Below the pieces are notes generated by a model. The model was not told the origin of the DNA. It did no database searches and saw nothing but the letters and a program-made list of their open reading frames with translations. A DNA stretch of 64,000 nucleotides from an uncultured Candidatus Saccharibacteria bacterium (lineage in GTDB: Bacteria; Patescibacteriota; Saccharimonadia; UBA4664; CAZJNH01): NCBI GenBank assembly GCA_964547425.1, contig CAZJNH010000007.1:4981-68980 (forward strand), written 5' to 3'. Shown one piece after another: positions 27,035-36,666 of the stretch. Positions within the stretch are counted from its first letter, which is position 1; every line of letters begins with the position of its first letter. A program made the position numbers and the translations under genes.

Positions 27035-28168
27035 ATCCGCAGTTCGAACATCCGCTACATTCCTGAGCTCGACCAATTAAGAGGAATTGGCGCCTTAATG
27101 GTGTTTTATTTCCACGCGGTGGCTGGCCAGGCGGTCGCTCCTTTTTTCTTTGGCGTTAACCCGGCAGGGATCCCGATCTCGAGCAACGTTCTTGAGTTGT
27201 TTGTAATTAACGGTTTTACGGCGGTGACGATGTTTTTTGTTTTAAGCGGCTTCGTTTTTACCTACGGCGCCCTTAACTCACCAAAGGCCGATTGGAAGAA
27301 TTTCTACGTGAATCGTGTGCTGCGTATCTATCCGCTGTTTATTTTGGTGAACTTGCTGGCGCTGCACTTCCAGTCTAACCATCTGCCGATCACTAAGTTG
27401 CTAATGAACTTAGTGGGCATCGGTAATTATGGTGCCAGCTATGGCAAGTTCGATATTGTGCTGTGGGCGATTGCTGTTGAGCTGCAGTTTTACGCTATTT
27501 TCCCGCTGCTGATCAATCTGCTAAAACGCAAGGGTGTGAAATACCTAATTGGGTTGATTGGTTTAATGGTGGCGATCCGACTTGGAATCAAGCTACATGG
27601 TTCAAGTCTCCACGATCCAGTTTATTTGACCCTAATCGGACGCTTGGACCAGTTCTTAATAGGCATGGTAGCGGCCTGGTACGTTAACTCGCGCGGCTGG
27701 TTAAGCTCGGAAACGGTCAAACCGAAACTGAAAATGGCGCTGGGACTATTCGCTTCCGTGGTTGTGCTGGCCGGTTTGTTGTGGCTGTATATGGCTACCG
27801 GTTGGAAGTATGGCGACTCATATTGGCAGGTCGTTTGGCCAACGCTGGAAGGATTGGCCTGGGTGGCCATCGGCATCTATTTCGTCGGGCTGGTGCGTCA
27901 TCGCAAAATCCGCTGGCTAAAGCTTTTCAGCTGGGTTGGCGTTGTCAGCTACTCTATTTACGTTTTGCACTATCCAATCATAAAAACGCTGCAGCCTCGA
28001 GTCGCCATCAACTGGCCGGCTCACCATTTACTGGGAGGGATATTGTCGTCAAGCTTTATTTATTTCCCTGCTTCGTTGCTGGCCGCCGCTTTGGCGTATA
28101 ACTTTATCGAAAAACCGGCCCTTAAACTTCGAAAAGATTACATATCAAAGAAGAGCCAGAAGGCTTAA
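27035..28168 (+). CDS. Acyltransferase family 3 (OafA-like O-acetyltransferase)
   Basis: YIPELDQLRG lies in frame upstream of the ORF-track ATG; V.MFFVLSGF, R.LRIYP, LW.I.VE.QFY, SYSIY.LH, IEKP. Confidence 0.88.
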   Translation: MRSSNIRYIPELDQLRGIGALMVFYFHAVAGQAVAPFFFGVNPAGIPISSNVLELFVINGFTAVTMFFVLSGFVFTYGALNSPKADWKNFYVNRVLRIYPLFILVNLLALHFQSNHLPITKLLMNLVGIGNYGASYGKFDIVLWAIAVELQFYAIFPLLINLLKRKGVKYLIGLIGLMVAIRLGIKLHGSSLHDPVYLTLIGRLDQFLIGMVAAWYVNSRGWLSSETVKPKLKMALGLFASVVVLAGLLWLYMATGWKYGDSYWQVVWPTLEGLAWVAIGIYFVGLVRHRKIRWLKLFSWVGVVSYSIYVLHYPIIKTLQPRVAINWPAHHLLGGILSSSFIYFPASLLAAALAYNFIEKPALKLRKDYISKKSQKA

Positions 28169-30006
28169 CGGACGACGACGGCTTGGTTGCTGACGCCGGG
28201 AACGGCGTTCATGTTGCCAAGGAGCGCGCCGGCCGACCAGTAGGATTTACTGCCGTACCACGCGTCGTTGACCCAAAAGCCTGAGGGGTTCGACTTGCTG
28301 CCGACGACGCCGTAAACCACCCGGGCGTGCATCGCGGTAGTGGTTCTGACGACTCCTGATGAAGTGTTCCAGGAGTCTGGTCCGTCGGCGCCAATGTGGC
28401 CCCAGACCTCGACTGGATTTCCGGCGTAAACCTGAGCCGCGATGAATGCCGCTGAGACCCCGTAGTATGAAGTGGCGCCGCGGCCATAGCTTCGGGCTGC
28501 GGCCGCGATCGGTTCAGAGAAGACGCCATAGCCAACTTTCCAGTCGAAGGTATCAATATAGCCGACGAAGGTTGAATGAGGATTGTCCCAAGTGTTGGTC
28601 GACATATTGCGAGCCCGCGGATGGTAACCAATTTTGCCGACGATCGTCATCTCCGAGGTTTGGATGCCACGGTAGGCCAAAAGCATCCTTAGCGAGGTTA
28701 GTTCGCAACTGCGCCCGTAAGGTTGTTTATAAAGAGGGACATTAAGCATTTTGACCTGTGCGATTGTGGTGTAGGAGCCGCTGAGAACCCGGGTGCTGGG
28801 TAGTCCCCACTCCGGCGCGACGCCCGGGTTTAGCTGGAAGGTATAGCCAGTTTGGTAGCCTTCCCCTGAGGGGCTAAAAGTCATAGTGTTCCCCGACCAG
28901 CTAATATGCCCGGATAGTTTGGGGCTAGTGCCGAAACGGTGTTCGGCTGAAACGTGTGAGACTGGCTGGTCGAAGGTGATGTGCATTGGTGTGTTTAACG
29001 AAACCGTGCCGCCGGGGTAAAAACTGGCGGTGACCGCACCGTTGGTAGCGAACTGGAACTTTCGGGTGGCCTCAAAAACTCCCCCGAGTTTAGACTTGAT
29101 GCCCTTTTTGACGGTGTAGGTGTAGGTTTTACCTGGAGAAACGGAATCCGGCACGTAACGGTAAGTGCGATTGCTCGCCCAGCTGCCTTTACCGGCAAAA
29201 TCAAACTTAAATCCATCGGAGGTTTGCTCCATCGCCTGGTCGAAGGTGATATCGACGGTTTGACCGCGGGTGAAATGATCGCCATGCCGGGCCCTGAGGA
29301 TGACGGGTGGTGTTACGGTGGTGAACTTCGAGCCTACCACCAGGCGTCTTCCTGCTGGCAACGTCGGGTCTTCGACGGCAAAGGTGTATAGGGTGCCTTG
29401 TTTGAGCGGCGCGACCGGCTCCCACTCCAAGGTCTGCCCGGCCGAAATTTGCTTGAGCTCTGCTTTAGGAGTTAACGTCGCGACCAATTTGCGGGGATAT
29501 CTTTCGGCATCTGACTGTACAATTGTTAGCTTGGTGGTCGTCGAAACGTCTTTGGAGTTGTTAGCCGGGGAAATACTTCTGATCCCGGCCGAAATCTCGG
29601 TGGTAAAGGCTTGGTCTATATCGGGCAAAGGCGCTTTGGTCACCGCCCGTTTCAGACCGGTTAAGTGGATCGTGTAGGAGTAAGCAACTTTGAATTTAGT
29701 GTCGGGCACAAATACCGCTTCATATACTCCGAGCGGCGTGTGTTTTTGCTCCCACTGCCCCGGTATTTGGGGAGAAATAGTGGCGGTATAGCTCGGCGCG
29801 ATATCCTGGTTGAATCTGACTTTGACCGGGCCCTCAATCGCCACCGAGTCCCGATTGAGGATGGTTGCCTTAAACGGCAGTTGGGTTCGGCCGACAAAAA
29901 TGGCGGCGGAAACGACAAATAAGGCCACAGGAGCCCATATAGGGCTGGGCCTGAACATCCGCATTAGTAATTTAAACTTCGGTTTGCGGAGCAAGCATCC
30001 CCTCAA
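28165..30006 (-). CDS. Ig-like (Big_5) repeat surface protein with C-terminal C39-like peptidase; start uncertain
   Basis: ITFDQ.M/V repeats; LNVPLYKQ...SCE..SL.M.L, HARVVYG, VND.W.G. Confidence 0.85.
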   Translation of the reverse strand: MRGCLLRKPKFKLLMRMFRPSPIWAPVALFVVSAAIFVGRTQLPFKATILNRDSVAIEGPVKVRFNQDIAPSYTATISPQIPGQWEQKHTPLGVYEAVFVPDTKFKVAYSYTIHLTGLKRAVTKAPLPDIDQAFTTEISAGIRSISPANNSKDVSTTTKLTIVQSDAERYPRKLVATLTPKAELKQISAGQTLEWEPVAPLKQGTLYTFAVEDPTLPAGRRLVVGSKFTTVTPPVILRARHGDHFTRGQTVDITFDQAMEQTSDGFKFDFAGKGSWASNRTYRYVPDSVSPGKTYTYTVKKGIKSKLGGVFEATRKFQFATNGAVTASFYPGGTVSLNTPMHITFDQPVSHVSAEHRFGTSPKLSGHISWSGNTMTFSPSGEGYQTGYTFQLNPGVAPEWGLPSTRVLSGSYTTIAQVKMLNVPLYKQPYGRSCELTSLRMLLAYRGIQTSEMTIVGKIGYHPRARNMSTNTWDNPHSTFVGYIDTFDWKVGYGVFSEPIAAAARSYGRGATSYYGVSAAFIAAQVYAGNPVEVWGHIGADGPDSWNTSSGVVRTTTAMHARVVYGVVGSKSNPSGFWVNDAWYGSKSYWSAGALLGNMNAVPGVSNQAVVVR

Positions 30007-30032
30007 CTAAGCATTAGCATTAAGGTACAATA

Positions 30033-31229
30033 ATGAGGATGAAGTTTCAACCTACGGAGCGCCAAAAAGATCTAGCTGCTGTAGTAGTGCTTGTACTTAT
30101 TGTTCTGGCGGTTTTTTTGTGGCCCTCTAAGCGCCAATCTCCCAAGAAAGCGGCCCAAGCGCCCAGCCAATCAAGTAATGTCGCTCGTCCAGCTTCGGTC
30201 GCGTATAGCGTTAAGCCTATCGCCGGCGGCCTGTTTGTGCCGTGGAGCATCGTATTTCCTTCTAAGGATCGCTTTTTGGTTAGCGAACGCTCAGGGGCGA
30301 TTCGAATTATTAGGTCCGGACATTTGCAGTCTCATCCTCTTGTCACTTTTGGAGTTTCCGACCAATCCGAAGAAGGCTTGATGGGCCTGGCGCTCGATCC
30401 AGACTACTCTGTCAACAAATTGCTTTATGCCTGTTACGCCTACTCCCGAGGTGGCTCTTTGATCGACCGGGTAGTCAGATTCGTTGACCATGGTAGCTCA
30501 GCCGGGCCCCAACATATCGTCATCGACGGGATTCCGGCGGCGCTCAACCACGCCGGTTGCCGATTGGGGTTTGGCCCCAAAGACCATAAGCTGTACGTCA
30601 CGACCGGAGATGCTACCAATCGCAGTAACCCCCAGAATTTGGGCTCACTCGGCGGGAAAATCTTGCGCGTTAACGGTAACGGCTCGATTCCGTCCGACAA
30701 CCCTTTCGCCCACTCCCCAGTTTGGACGCTGGGCCATCGCAATCCTCAGGGAATCGCTTGGCAGCCCGGTACCAACCAGCTTTACGAAACCGAGCACGGC
30801 CCGACCGCCGGAGTTGATGGTGCCCCTGGCGGAGATGAAGTTAACATTATCATTAAAGGCCACAACTACGGCTGGCCGATCGTTAGCCATAATGAAACCG
30901 ACAAACGCTTCGTAACGCCGCTTTTGGTGTTTACTCCGGCCATCGCGCCGTCTGGCGCCACCTTTTATACTTCCGACGTTTTACCTCAATTCAAAAACAA
31001 CCTGCTGTTCGCCGCCCTAAAAGGTTCAGGTGTCTACCGGGTAATATTCGACACCAAGAACCGGGCCAAGATTATTGTCGATAAGAAAATCCCCGACATT
31101 AACGTCGGCCGGGTGCGGGATGTCGAACAGGGGCCCGATGGCGCGCTCTACATTCTGACCTCCAACCGCGATGGCCGCGGCACCGTCCGTCGCGGCGACG
31201 ACCACGTTTACCGCATCGCTCCCAGATAG
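30033..31229 (+). CDS. PQQ-dependent glucose/sorbosone (aldose sugar) dehydrogenase
   Basis: PWSI.F, E.GL.GLALDP, H.G.RL.FGP, GHRNPQG, EHGP, NYGWP, GRVRDV..GPDG.LY..TSNRDGRG. Confidence 0.92.
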   Translation: MRMKFQPTERQKDLAAVVVLVLIVLAVFLWPSKRQSPKKAAQAPSQSSNVARPASVAYSVKPIAGGLFVPWSIVFPSKDRFLVSERSGAIRIIRSGHLQSHPLVTFGVSDQSEEGLMGLALDPDYSVNKLLYACYAYSRGGSLIDRVVRFVDHGSSAGPQHIVIDGIPAALNHAGCRLGFGPKDHKLYVTTGDATNRSNPQNLGSLGGKILRVNGNGSIPSDNPFAHSPVWTLGHRNPQGIAWQPGTNQLYETEHGPTAGVDGAPGGDEVNIIIKGHNYGWPIVSHNETDKRFVTPLLVFTPAIAPSGATFYTSDVLPQFKNNLLFAALKGSGVYRVIFDTKNRAKIIVDKKIPDINVGRVRDVEQGPDGALYILTSNRDGRGTVRRGDDHVYRIAPR

Positions 31230-31299
31230 ATTGTTAAAACCGACATATGAATGCTTGACCGCTCGTGCTTTACTTTAGGGGTAATTAAAGGAGTGAGTT

Positions 31300-31491
31300 A
31301 TGGCAAAAGGCAAGATCACAGAGATTCATAAGGGCGGCCCGTTTGGCGGTTATTTCATAACCTTTATTGGCGCCGCGGTATATTTCGTGCAGCATTCGGT
31401 CGGTTTTTGGGGTGGCGTAGTCGGTATACTCAAAGCGTTGGTCTGGCCGGCGTTTGTGGTGCATAGCGTCCTGGGTTTGCTAAAACTTTAA
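31300..31491 (+). CDS. Small two-TM membrane protein
   Basis: FIGAAVYF....FW..V.G.LKA.VWPA.V pattern; SD AAGGAG. Confidence 0.75.
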   Translation: MAKGKITEIHKGGPFGGYFITFIGAAVYFVQHSVGFWGGVVGILKALVWPAFVVHSVLGLLKL

Positions 31492-31501
31492 GGAGGTAAC
31501 A

Positions 31502-32005
31502 ATGCAGAAAGTAATTCCATTCATTTGGTTTGAAGGAAATGCCGAAGAGGCAATGAATTTTTACGTAGAAACTTTCCCTAATTCGAAGATTCAACAGATC
31601 GAGCGCTACGAAAGCGGAATGGGTATCCCCGGCGAAGATGCACTAAAAGGTAAGGTTTTGACCGGAGTGTTCGAAGTTTATGGCCTAAGGATGATGTGTC
31701 TGGACGGTCCTTCGAACGTTTTTAAGCCGGGCGGGAACATGTCGTTACTGGTGGAACTTGATACTCAAGAGGAGCTAGATAAAGTCTGGGAAAAATTGCT
31801 CGACGGCGGCAAGACCCAACAGTGCGGCTGGATCACCGACAAGTTTGGTACCACCTGGCAAATTACGCCAAAAATACTTAGTGAGATGATGAGCGACATA
31901 AGCGCGACGGCCGAGCAGAAAAAAGCCATAACCGCGGAGATGATGCCGATGGTTAAGCTGGACGGCCCGAAACTCAAAGCAGCCTTTGATCGGGCTAAAG
32001 CTTAG
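31502..32005 (+). CDS. VOC family PhnB-like protein
   Basis: P..WF...AEEA..FY...F, Q.E.D..W..L, CGW..DKFG..WQI.P. Confidence 0.9.
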   Translation: MQKVIPFIWFEGNAEEAMNFYVETFPNSKIQQIERYESGMGIPGEDALKGKVLTGVFEVYGLRMMCLDGPSNVFKPGGNMSLLVELDTQEELDKVWEKLLDGGKTQQCGWITDKFGTTWQITPKILSEMMSDISATAEQKKAITAEMMPMVKLDGPKLKAAFDRAKA

Positions 32006-32271
32006 CTGCCGAACCGCTTTATTGCCCGCGCGTGGGCTTTGGCTGCCTCAACCTTACGGTCGCGCGGATTGGTCGTGGTTATAAGAGAACCCAGAAGCTT
32101 CGATGAGGCCTGTGAAATATCGGCGACGGCCCGGTCGAACGCTTTTTGATTGGCGTCCGAGGGTTCCCTGTATCCGGATATTTTCCTCACAAACTGCAAG
32201 GAAGCTTCGTGGATCTCCGCGTGGCTTGCCGGCGGATCGAAGTTGTATAGGACCTTAATGTTTCTGCACAT
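32002..32271 (-). CDS. DUF2277 protein
   Basis: MCRNI..L.NF.PPA...EI..ASLQFVRKISG. Confidence 0.92.
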   Translation of the reverse strand: MCRNIKVLYNFDPPASHAEIHEASLQFVRKISGYREPSDANQKAFDRAVADISQASSKLLGSLITTTNPRDRKVEAAKAHARAIKRFGS

Positions 32272-32329
32272 ACTCTAATTATACCTCTTGACCTTGCTTG
32301 ATTACTAAAATTATTGTCTAATGTAGCTA

Positions 32330-33370
32330 ATGGATATTAACAATCTATCCAATCGAACGATCTTTCGATTCCTGCTAATGATCTCGGCCTTCGTCGGGTT
32401 GGCGTTTGTTGTAATGAGGATGCACCGTGAGCTTATTTGGCTGGTATCGGCTTTTTTCTTGGCATTGGCTCTTAACCCAGCCGTCGCTTGGCTGTCGAGG
32501 TACATGCCGAAAAAAAAGCGCGGTTTGGCCGCGGGCGCGGTTTTTGTGGCAGCTCTCGGAGTAGTTGTCTTTATGATAGTGACGCTGATACCTCCGTTGG
32601 TTGATCAGACCCAGTCCTTGGTTAGAGCTTTGCCCAGCCTCGCCGACCGGCTTCAGACCTCGAGCAGTCCGCTTGCTCAATTCGCTCGCCAGCATGATTT
32701 GGTTGGGGCAATCAAAAACAATCAAAACCAAGTTATATCCAAGGTTTCCTCGCTATCCGGTTCTTTTGCCGACGTCGCGCGCAGTATCGCGTCTAGCTTG
32801 ATCGCTACATTAACTGTTCTGGTTCTGACCTTTTTTATGGTTGTCGAAGGACCCGACCTGATTAGTAGCTTCTGGAAACTTCATCCACCCAAACTTCGCG
32901 AACACCGCCAGAAGCTGGCGGCGCAAATGTATAAAGCTGTAACCGGCTACGTCTCCGGCAACCTCCTGACTAGTTTAGTTGCCACGGTCGCCGCCTCGAT
33001 TGCTTTAACCGCGGTCGGAATGCGTTTCGCTATTCCGCTGGGCATTGTGGTCGGTATTTTTGACCTGATTCCGCTGGTCGGGGCGACCTTAGCCGCCGTC
33101 GTTGTCTGCGGTTTGACACTGCTTTACACCAACTTTTCGACCGCTCTGATAATGGCAATATTCTTTGTCGTCTATCAGCAGGTTGAGAATCACTTCCTGC
33201 AGCCGCTGGTTTATTCCCGGACCGTCAAAATGTCGCCGCTGACCGTACTGGTTTCGGCGATTCTCGGCGCGTCGCTAGCTGGACTGCTGGGCGCGCTGCT
33301 AGCAATCCCGGCGGCCGCAAGTATTATTATCCTCGCCAAAGATTATTTCGTCCGCCATCCAAGAGATTAG
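32330..33370 (+). CDS. AI-2E family transporter
   Basis: LA..L.P.V, IP.VGA, YQQ.EN..L.P, G..GALLAIP. Confidence 0.92.
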   Translation: MDINNLSNRTIFRFLLMISAFVGLAFVVMRMHRELIWLVSAFFLALALNPAVAWLSRYMPKKKRGLAAGAVFVAALGVVVFMIVTLIPPLVDQTQSLVRALPSLADRLQTSSSPLAQFARQHDLVGAIKNNQNQVISKVSSLSGSFADVARSIASSLIATLTVLVLTFFMVVEGPDLISSFWKLHPPKLREHRQKLAAQMYKAVTGYVSGNLLTSLVATVAASIALTAVGMRFAIPLGIVVGIFDLIPLVGATLAAVVVCGLTLLYTNFSTALIMAIFFVVYQQVENHFLQPLVYSRTVKMSPLTVLVSAILGASLAGLLGALLAIPAAASIIILAKDYFVRHPRD

Positions 33371-34719
33371 ATTTTGGTGCGGCGCCAGCGCGGGCCGCGG
33401 TCGGTATCCTCTACGGCTATCCCGTCTTTTATTAGCCGGCGTCTTATTTTATCGGCCTGGTCAAAGTCTTTGTCCTGCCTGGCCGATTCGCGCTCAGTGA
33501 TAGTCGTTTTTTGATTGTCGGTAATATCTTTGCGGCCGGTTAATTTAAGACCAAATAGCTCATCGAGCCTCGAGAGTGTTTTTTCGTTTGGAACCTTGCC
33601 CTTGTTGATGAACTTGTTTAGCTCAGCCAATGCCTCAGGGGTGTTTAGGTCGTCTTTGATCGCCGCCTCGATGGTTGATAAATCCAAATCGCTCCCCTTG
33701 TCCTGGAACTTCAGGTCAGCCCATCCATAAATATCGAGCAAATTATTCTGGGCACCTTTTAACGCTTTCCAGGTGAAGTTCTGCTGGCTGCGATAGTGTG
33801 ACGAAAGCATAAGTAGCCGGAATGCCAGCAGGCTGACTTGCTCCTCAATATCATCAAGTTTAAAAATATTGCCAATCGACTTACTCATTTTCTGGCCGTC
33901 GACCATCATATGTTGGGCGTGGACCCAGATTTTGGCGAAGGGTTTGCCGGTGGCCGCTTCGGATTGGGCGATTTCGTTTGGATGATGGACGCCAATGTGG
34001 TCGACTCCGCCGGCGTGGATGTCGATGGTTTCACCGAGATACTTAATTGCCATAGCGGAGCACTCCAGGTGCCAGCCCGGGAAGCCTTTGCCCCAAGGAC
34101 TGTCCCACTCCATGTCTCGTTTTCCAGTTTTAGGCGAAAATTTCCATAAGGCAAAGTCGGTGTGATGTTTTTTTTCTGGGTTATGCTCTACTCGCGCCCC
34201 GGCCAGCTGTTCGTCAACTTTTATACCGGCTAGCTTGCCGTAGTCTTTGAATTTGGCGGTGTCAAAGTAAATGCCGTCACCGATTTGGTAGGTATATCCC
34301 CTCTCCTCTAACTGCTTGATTAGCTCGATTTGTTCTTCGATGTGATCGGTTGCTTTTGGTAATTTAGTGGGTCGCACAATATTGAGACGTTCCAGGCCTT
34401 GTTCAAACTTTTCGCTATTTTCCCCAGCTACTTCCCAGGCCGTTTTGCGTTCTTTTTTGGCCTCGAGTTCTAACTTGTCCTCCCCTTCGTCGGCGTCGCT
34501 GGTTAAATGGCCAACATCGGTGATATTTAAGATGTGATTAACTTTGAGACCGAAGTACTTTAAGGAGCGATGGAGGGTGTCATAAAAGATAAAGGTGCGC
34601 CAGTTGCCGATGTGGGGCTCCTGGTAAACCGTCGGCCCGCAGGTATATATAGTAACTTTTGGCGGATCAAGCGGCTGGAGCTCCTCAGCTTTTCGGCTAA
34701 GCGTGTTGTAAAGCTTCAT
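33367..34719 (-). CDS. cysS: Cysteine--tRNA ligase
   Basis: [40 protein letters not shown]. Confidence 0.97.
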   Translation of the reverse strand: MKLYNTLSRKAEELQPLDPPKVTIYTCGPTVYQEPHIGNWRTFIFYDTLHRSLKYFGLKVNHILNITDVGHLTSDADEGEDKLELEAKKERKTAWEVAGENSEKFEQGLERLNIVRPTKLPKATDHIEEQIELIKQLEERGYTYQIGDGIYFDTAKFKDYGKLAGIKVDEQLAGARVEHNPEKKHHTDFALWKFSPKTGKRDMEWDSPWGKGFPGWHLECSAMAIKYLGETIDIHAGGVDHIGVHHPNEIAQSEAATGKPFAKIWVHAQHMMVDGQKMSKSIGNIFKLDDIEEQVSLLAFRLLMLSSHYRSQQNFTWKALKGAQNNLLDIYGWADLKFQDKGSDLDLSTIEAAIKDDLNTPEALAELNKFINKGKVPNEKTLSRLDELFGLKLTGRKDITDNQKTTITERESARQDKDFDQADKIRRRLIKDGIAVEDTDRGPRWRRTKI

Positions 34720-35707
34720 GTTCTTCAACTAGTTTAGTCAGTTTAGCGGTGATTATCTTTTTTACATCCTCAAGTTTTTGATCATCAACCCGGATTCCGG
34801 CGGCGCGGGTGTGCCCTCCACCTCCCATCGACTGTGCGACCTTATCTACCCCATCGATCTCGGAGCGTAATGAAATCTTGATCTTACCACCGTAATCCCG
34901 CAAAAATGCCGATACTAGTACGTTTTGGCTAAACAAAGCTTCTTTATTAACCAAATCGGCGGGGTCATGCATTTCCGAAAACTCTTTTAGCTCAGCAGGT
35001 GTCGCCCAGTTAACGGCCACTTTGCCCTCAGCGACAAATTCGACTCTTTCAAGCAGCTGTCCTTTATAGTGTAATAAATCTGGAGAAAGCGCGTCCGCGG
35101 CACGTTTGCGGGCGTATAGTTCATGCAAATCGGCACCGGCATCAACTAAATCGGCTACCGTTCTGACGGCCGCGGCGGTGGAATTAGTATTCGTGAAACC
35201 GGCGGTATCGGCCAGGATTCCCGAAACTAGGCTAGAGGCAATTTCCGGTGTAACCTTCCAGCCGAGCTCCTGGCTGATGCCATAGATAAGTTCGGTGTTA
35301 GCCGCGCAACTGGGGTCGATGATCTCGTCCGCCGGGAACGGCATGGCTTCGCGGGTAAGATGGTGGTCGATGATCGCGAATGGCCGTTTGGTTAGAGCCG
35401 CTTGATGTTTTTCCAACGTTCTCAAAATCATATTCGGTCCGCCGGTATCGACGAGGATCGTTAGGTCAAATTCTTTCGGAAAGGTATCGGTCACCCGGTC
35501 CCAGCCGTCGAGTACGCGGATGTAGCCCGGAATTTCGTCTTGGCAGTACATGACGACTTTCTTGCCGAGATTTTCCAAGAAAGCTTCTAGTGCCAGGCTG
35601 GACGAGAGGCTGTCGGTGTCGGGTTTTTCCGGCTGCAATATTAAGACAGTCTTAGTATTAGCTATTAACTCTTCGAGTTTTTTGATTTGGGTTTTGAGAT
35701 TACTCAA
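34697..35707 (-). CDS. nrnA: DHH/DHHA1 phosphoesterase (NrnA-like)
   Basis: PD.DS, VD, IDHH, GI.ADT..F, ISLRS, GGGH..AAG. Confidence 0.85.
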   Translation of the reverse strand: MSNLKTQIKKLEELIANTKTVLILQPEKPDTDSLSSSLALEAFLENLGKKVVMYCQDEIPGYIRVLDGWDRVTDTFPKEFDLTILVDTGGPNMILRTLEKHQAALTKRPFAIIDHHLTREAMPFPADEIIDPSCAANTELIYGISQELGWKVTPEIASSLVSGILADTAGFTNTNSTAAAVRTVADLVDAGADLHELYARKRAADALSPDLLHYKGQLLERVEFVAEGKVAVNWATPAELKEFSEMHDPADLVNKEALFSQNVLVSAFLRDYGGKIKISLRSEIDGVDKVAQSMGGGGHTRAAGIRVDDQKLEDVKKIITAKLTKLVEEHEALQHA

Positions 35708-36302
35708 ATTTTTGCCGGCCCTGTAGGGCGCGTCCTAAGGTTATCTGATCAGCGTACTCCAGGTCGCCGCCAACGGGCAAGCCGCGGGCTAAGCGGGTAA
35801 TGGCGATTGGTTTGTCGCCGATCGCCCGGCGGATATACATAGCAGTTGCCTCGCCTTCGGTTGAAGGGTTGGTGGCTAGGATAATTTCTTTGACCTGTCC
35901 GCTGCCCAGCCGGTCGAGTAAGGTTTTAACTTGCAACTGGTCGGGCCCAATGCCATCGATCGGTGAGATGACGCCGCCTAGCACATGGTAGCGGCCGCGG
36001 AACAGCCCGGTTTTTTCGATCGCCACAACATCAAGCGGTTCTTCGACCACGGCGATGACGTCATCGTGGCGGTCGGAGCTAGCGCAGATCGGGCACTGCT
36101 CGCTGTCGGTTAAGTTGAAGCAGATCTGGCAGTGTTTGAGTGATTGCTTTAGATCGAGCAAGGCTTCACCCAGGCTGGAGGCGTCATCCCCTTCAGAACG
36201 CACCAAATGAAAAGTTAGCCGTTCGGCGGTTCGAGGGCCGACGCCGGGCAAACGGGCTAGCTCGTCAATTAGACGCTGAACTGAAGGCGGAATTAGTTGC
36301 AT
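35700..36302 (-). CDS. recR: Recombination mediator RecR
   Basis: LPGVGPRTAERL, C4 zinc finger, YHVLGG.ISP, ATNPSTEGEAT, GLPVGGDLEY. Confidence 0.97.
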   Translation of the reverse strand: MQLIPPSVQRLIDELARLPGVGPRTAERLTFHLVRSEGDDASSLGEALLDLKQSLKHCQICFNLTDSEQCPICASSDRHDDVIAVVEEPLDVVAIEKTGLFRGRYHVLGGVISPIDGIGPDQLQVKTLLDRLGSGQVKEIILATNPSTEGEATAMYIRRAIGDKPIAITRLARGLPVGGDLEYADQITLGRALQGRQKFE

Positions 36303-36308
36303 TCGCCG

Positions 36309-36593
36309 CTACTGACCGGCTCCCATATCAATACCGCTGGATTTGGCCACTTCTGCCATAGCCTCAACGCTGCGGCGGATAATTTGGTTAAAGCCCGACT
36401 CGAGCCATTTTTCGAGCTGAGAGTTGCCGGCGTCTTTGGCTTTGTCTTCGTTAATCGTGACCTTGGTGATTTGCATCGCGGCGTTGGCTTCGAGTTTAAC
36501 CGCCCCGTCGCCAGCCTCGACCTCAATCTTCTCCTTGGCCAAGTCTTTAGCTAACTTTAGCTGCGCGCCTTTTTGCTTGATACCTTCGAACAT
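36309..36593 (-). CDS. ybaB: YbaB/EbfC nucleoid-associated protein
   Basis: L....IE.EAGDGAV......I..V.I; directly upstream of recR. Confidence 0.8.
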   Translation of the reverse strand: MFEGIKQKGAQLKLAKDLAKEKIEVEAGDGAVKLEANAAMQITKVTINEDKAKDAGNSQLEKWLESGFNQIIRRSVEAMAEVAKSSGIDMGAGQ

Positions 36594-36666
36594 TGTGCCT
36601 CCTGTTGTTCATCCTTATTTTACATTGCCTTAATCTGTCTGACGATAGTACAATGGTTATGCTTAT

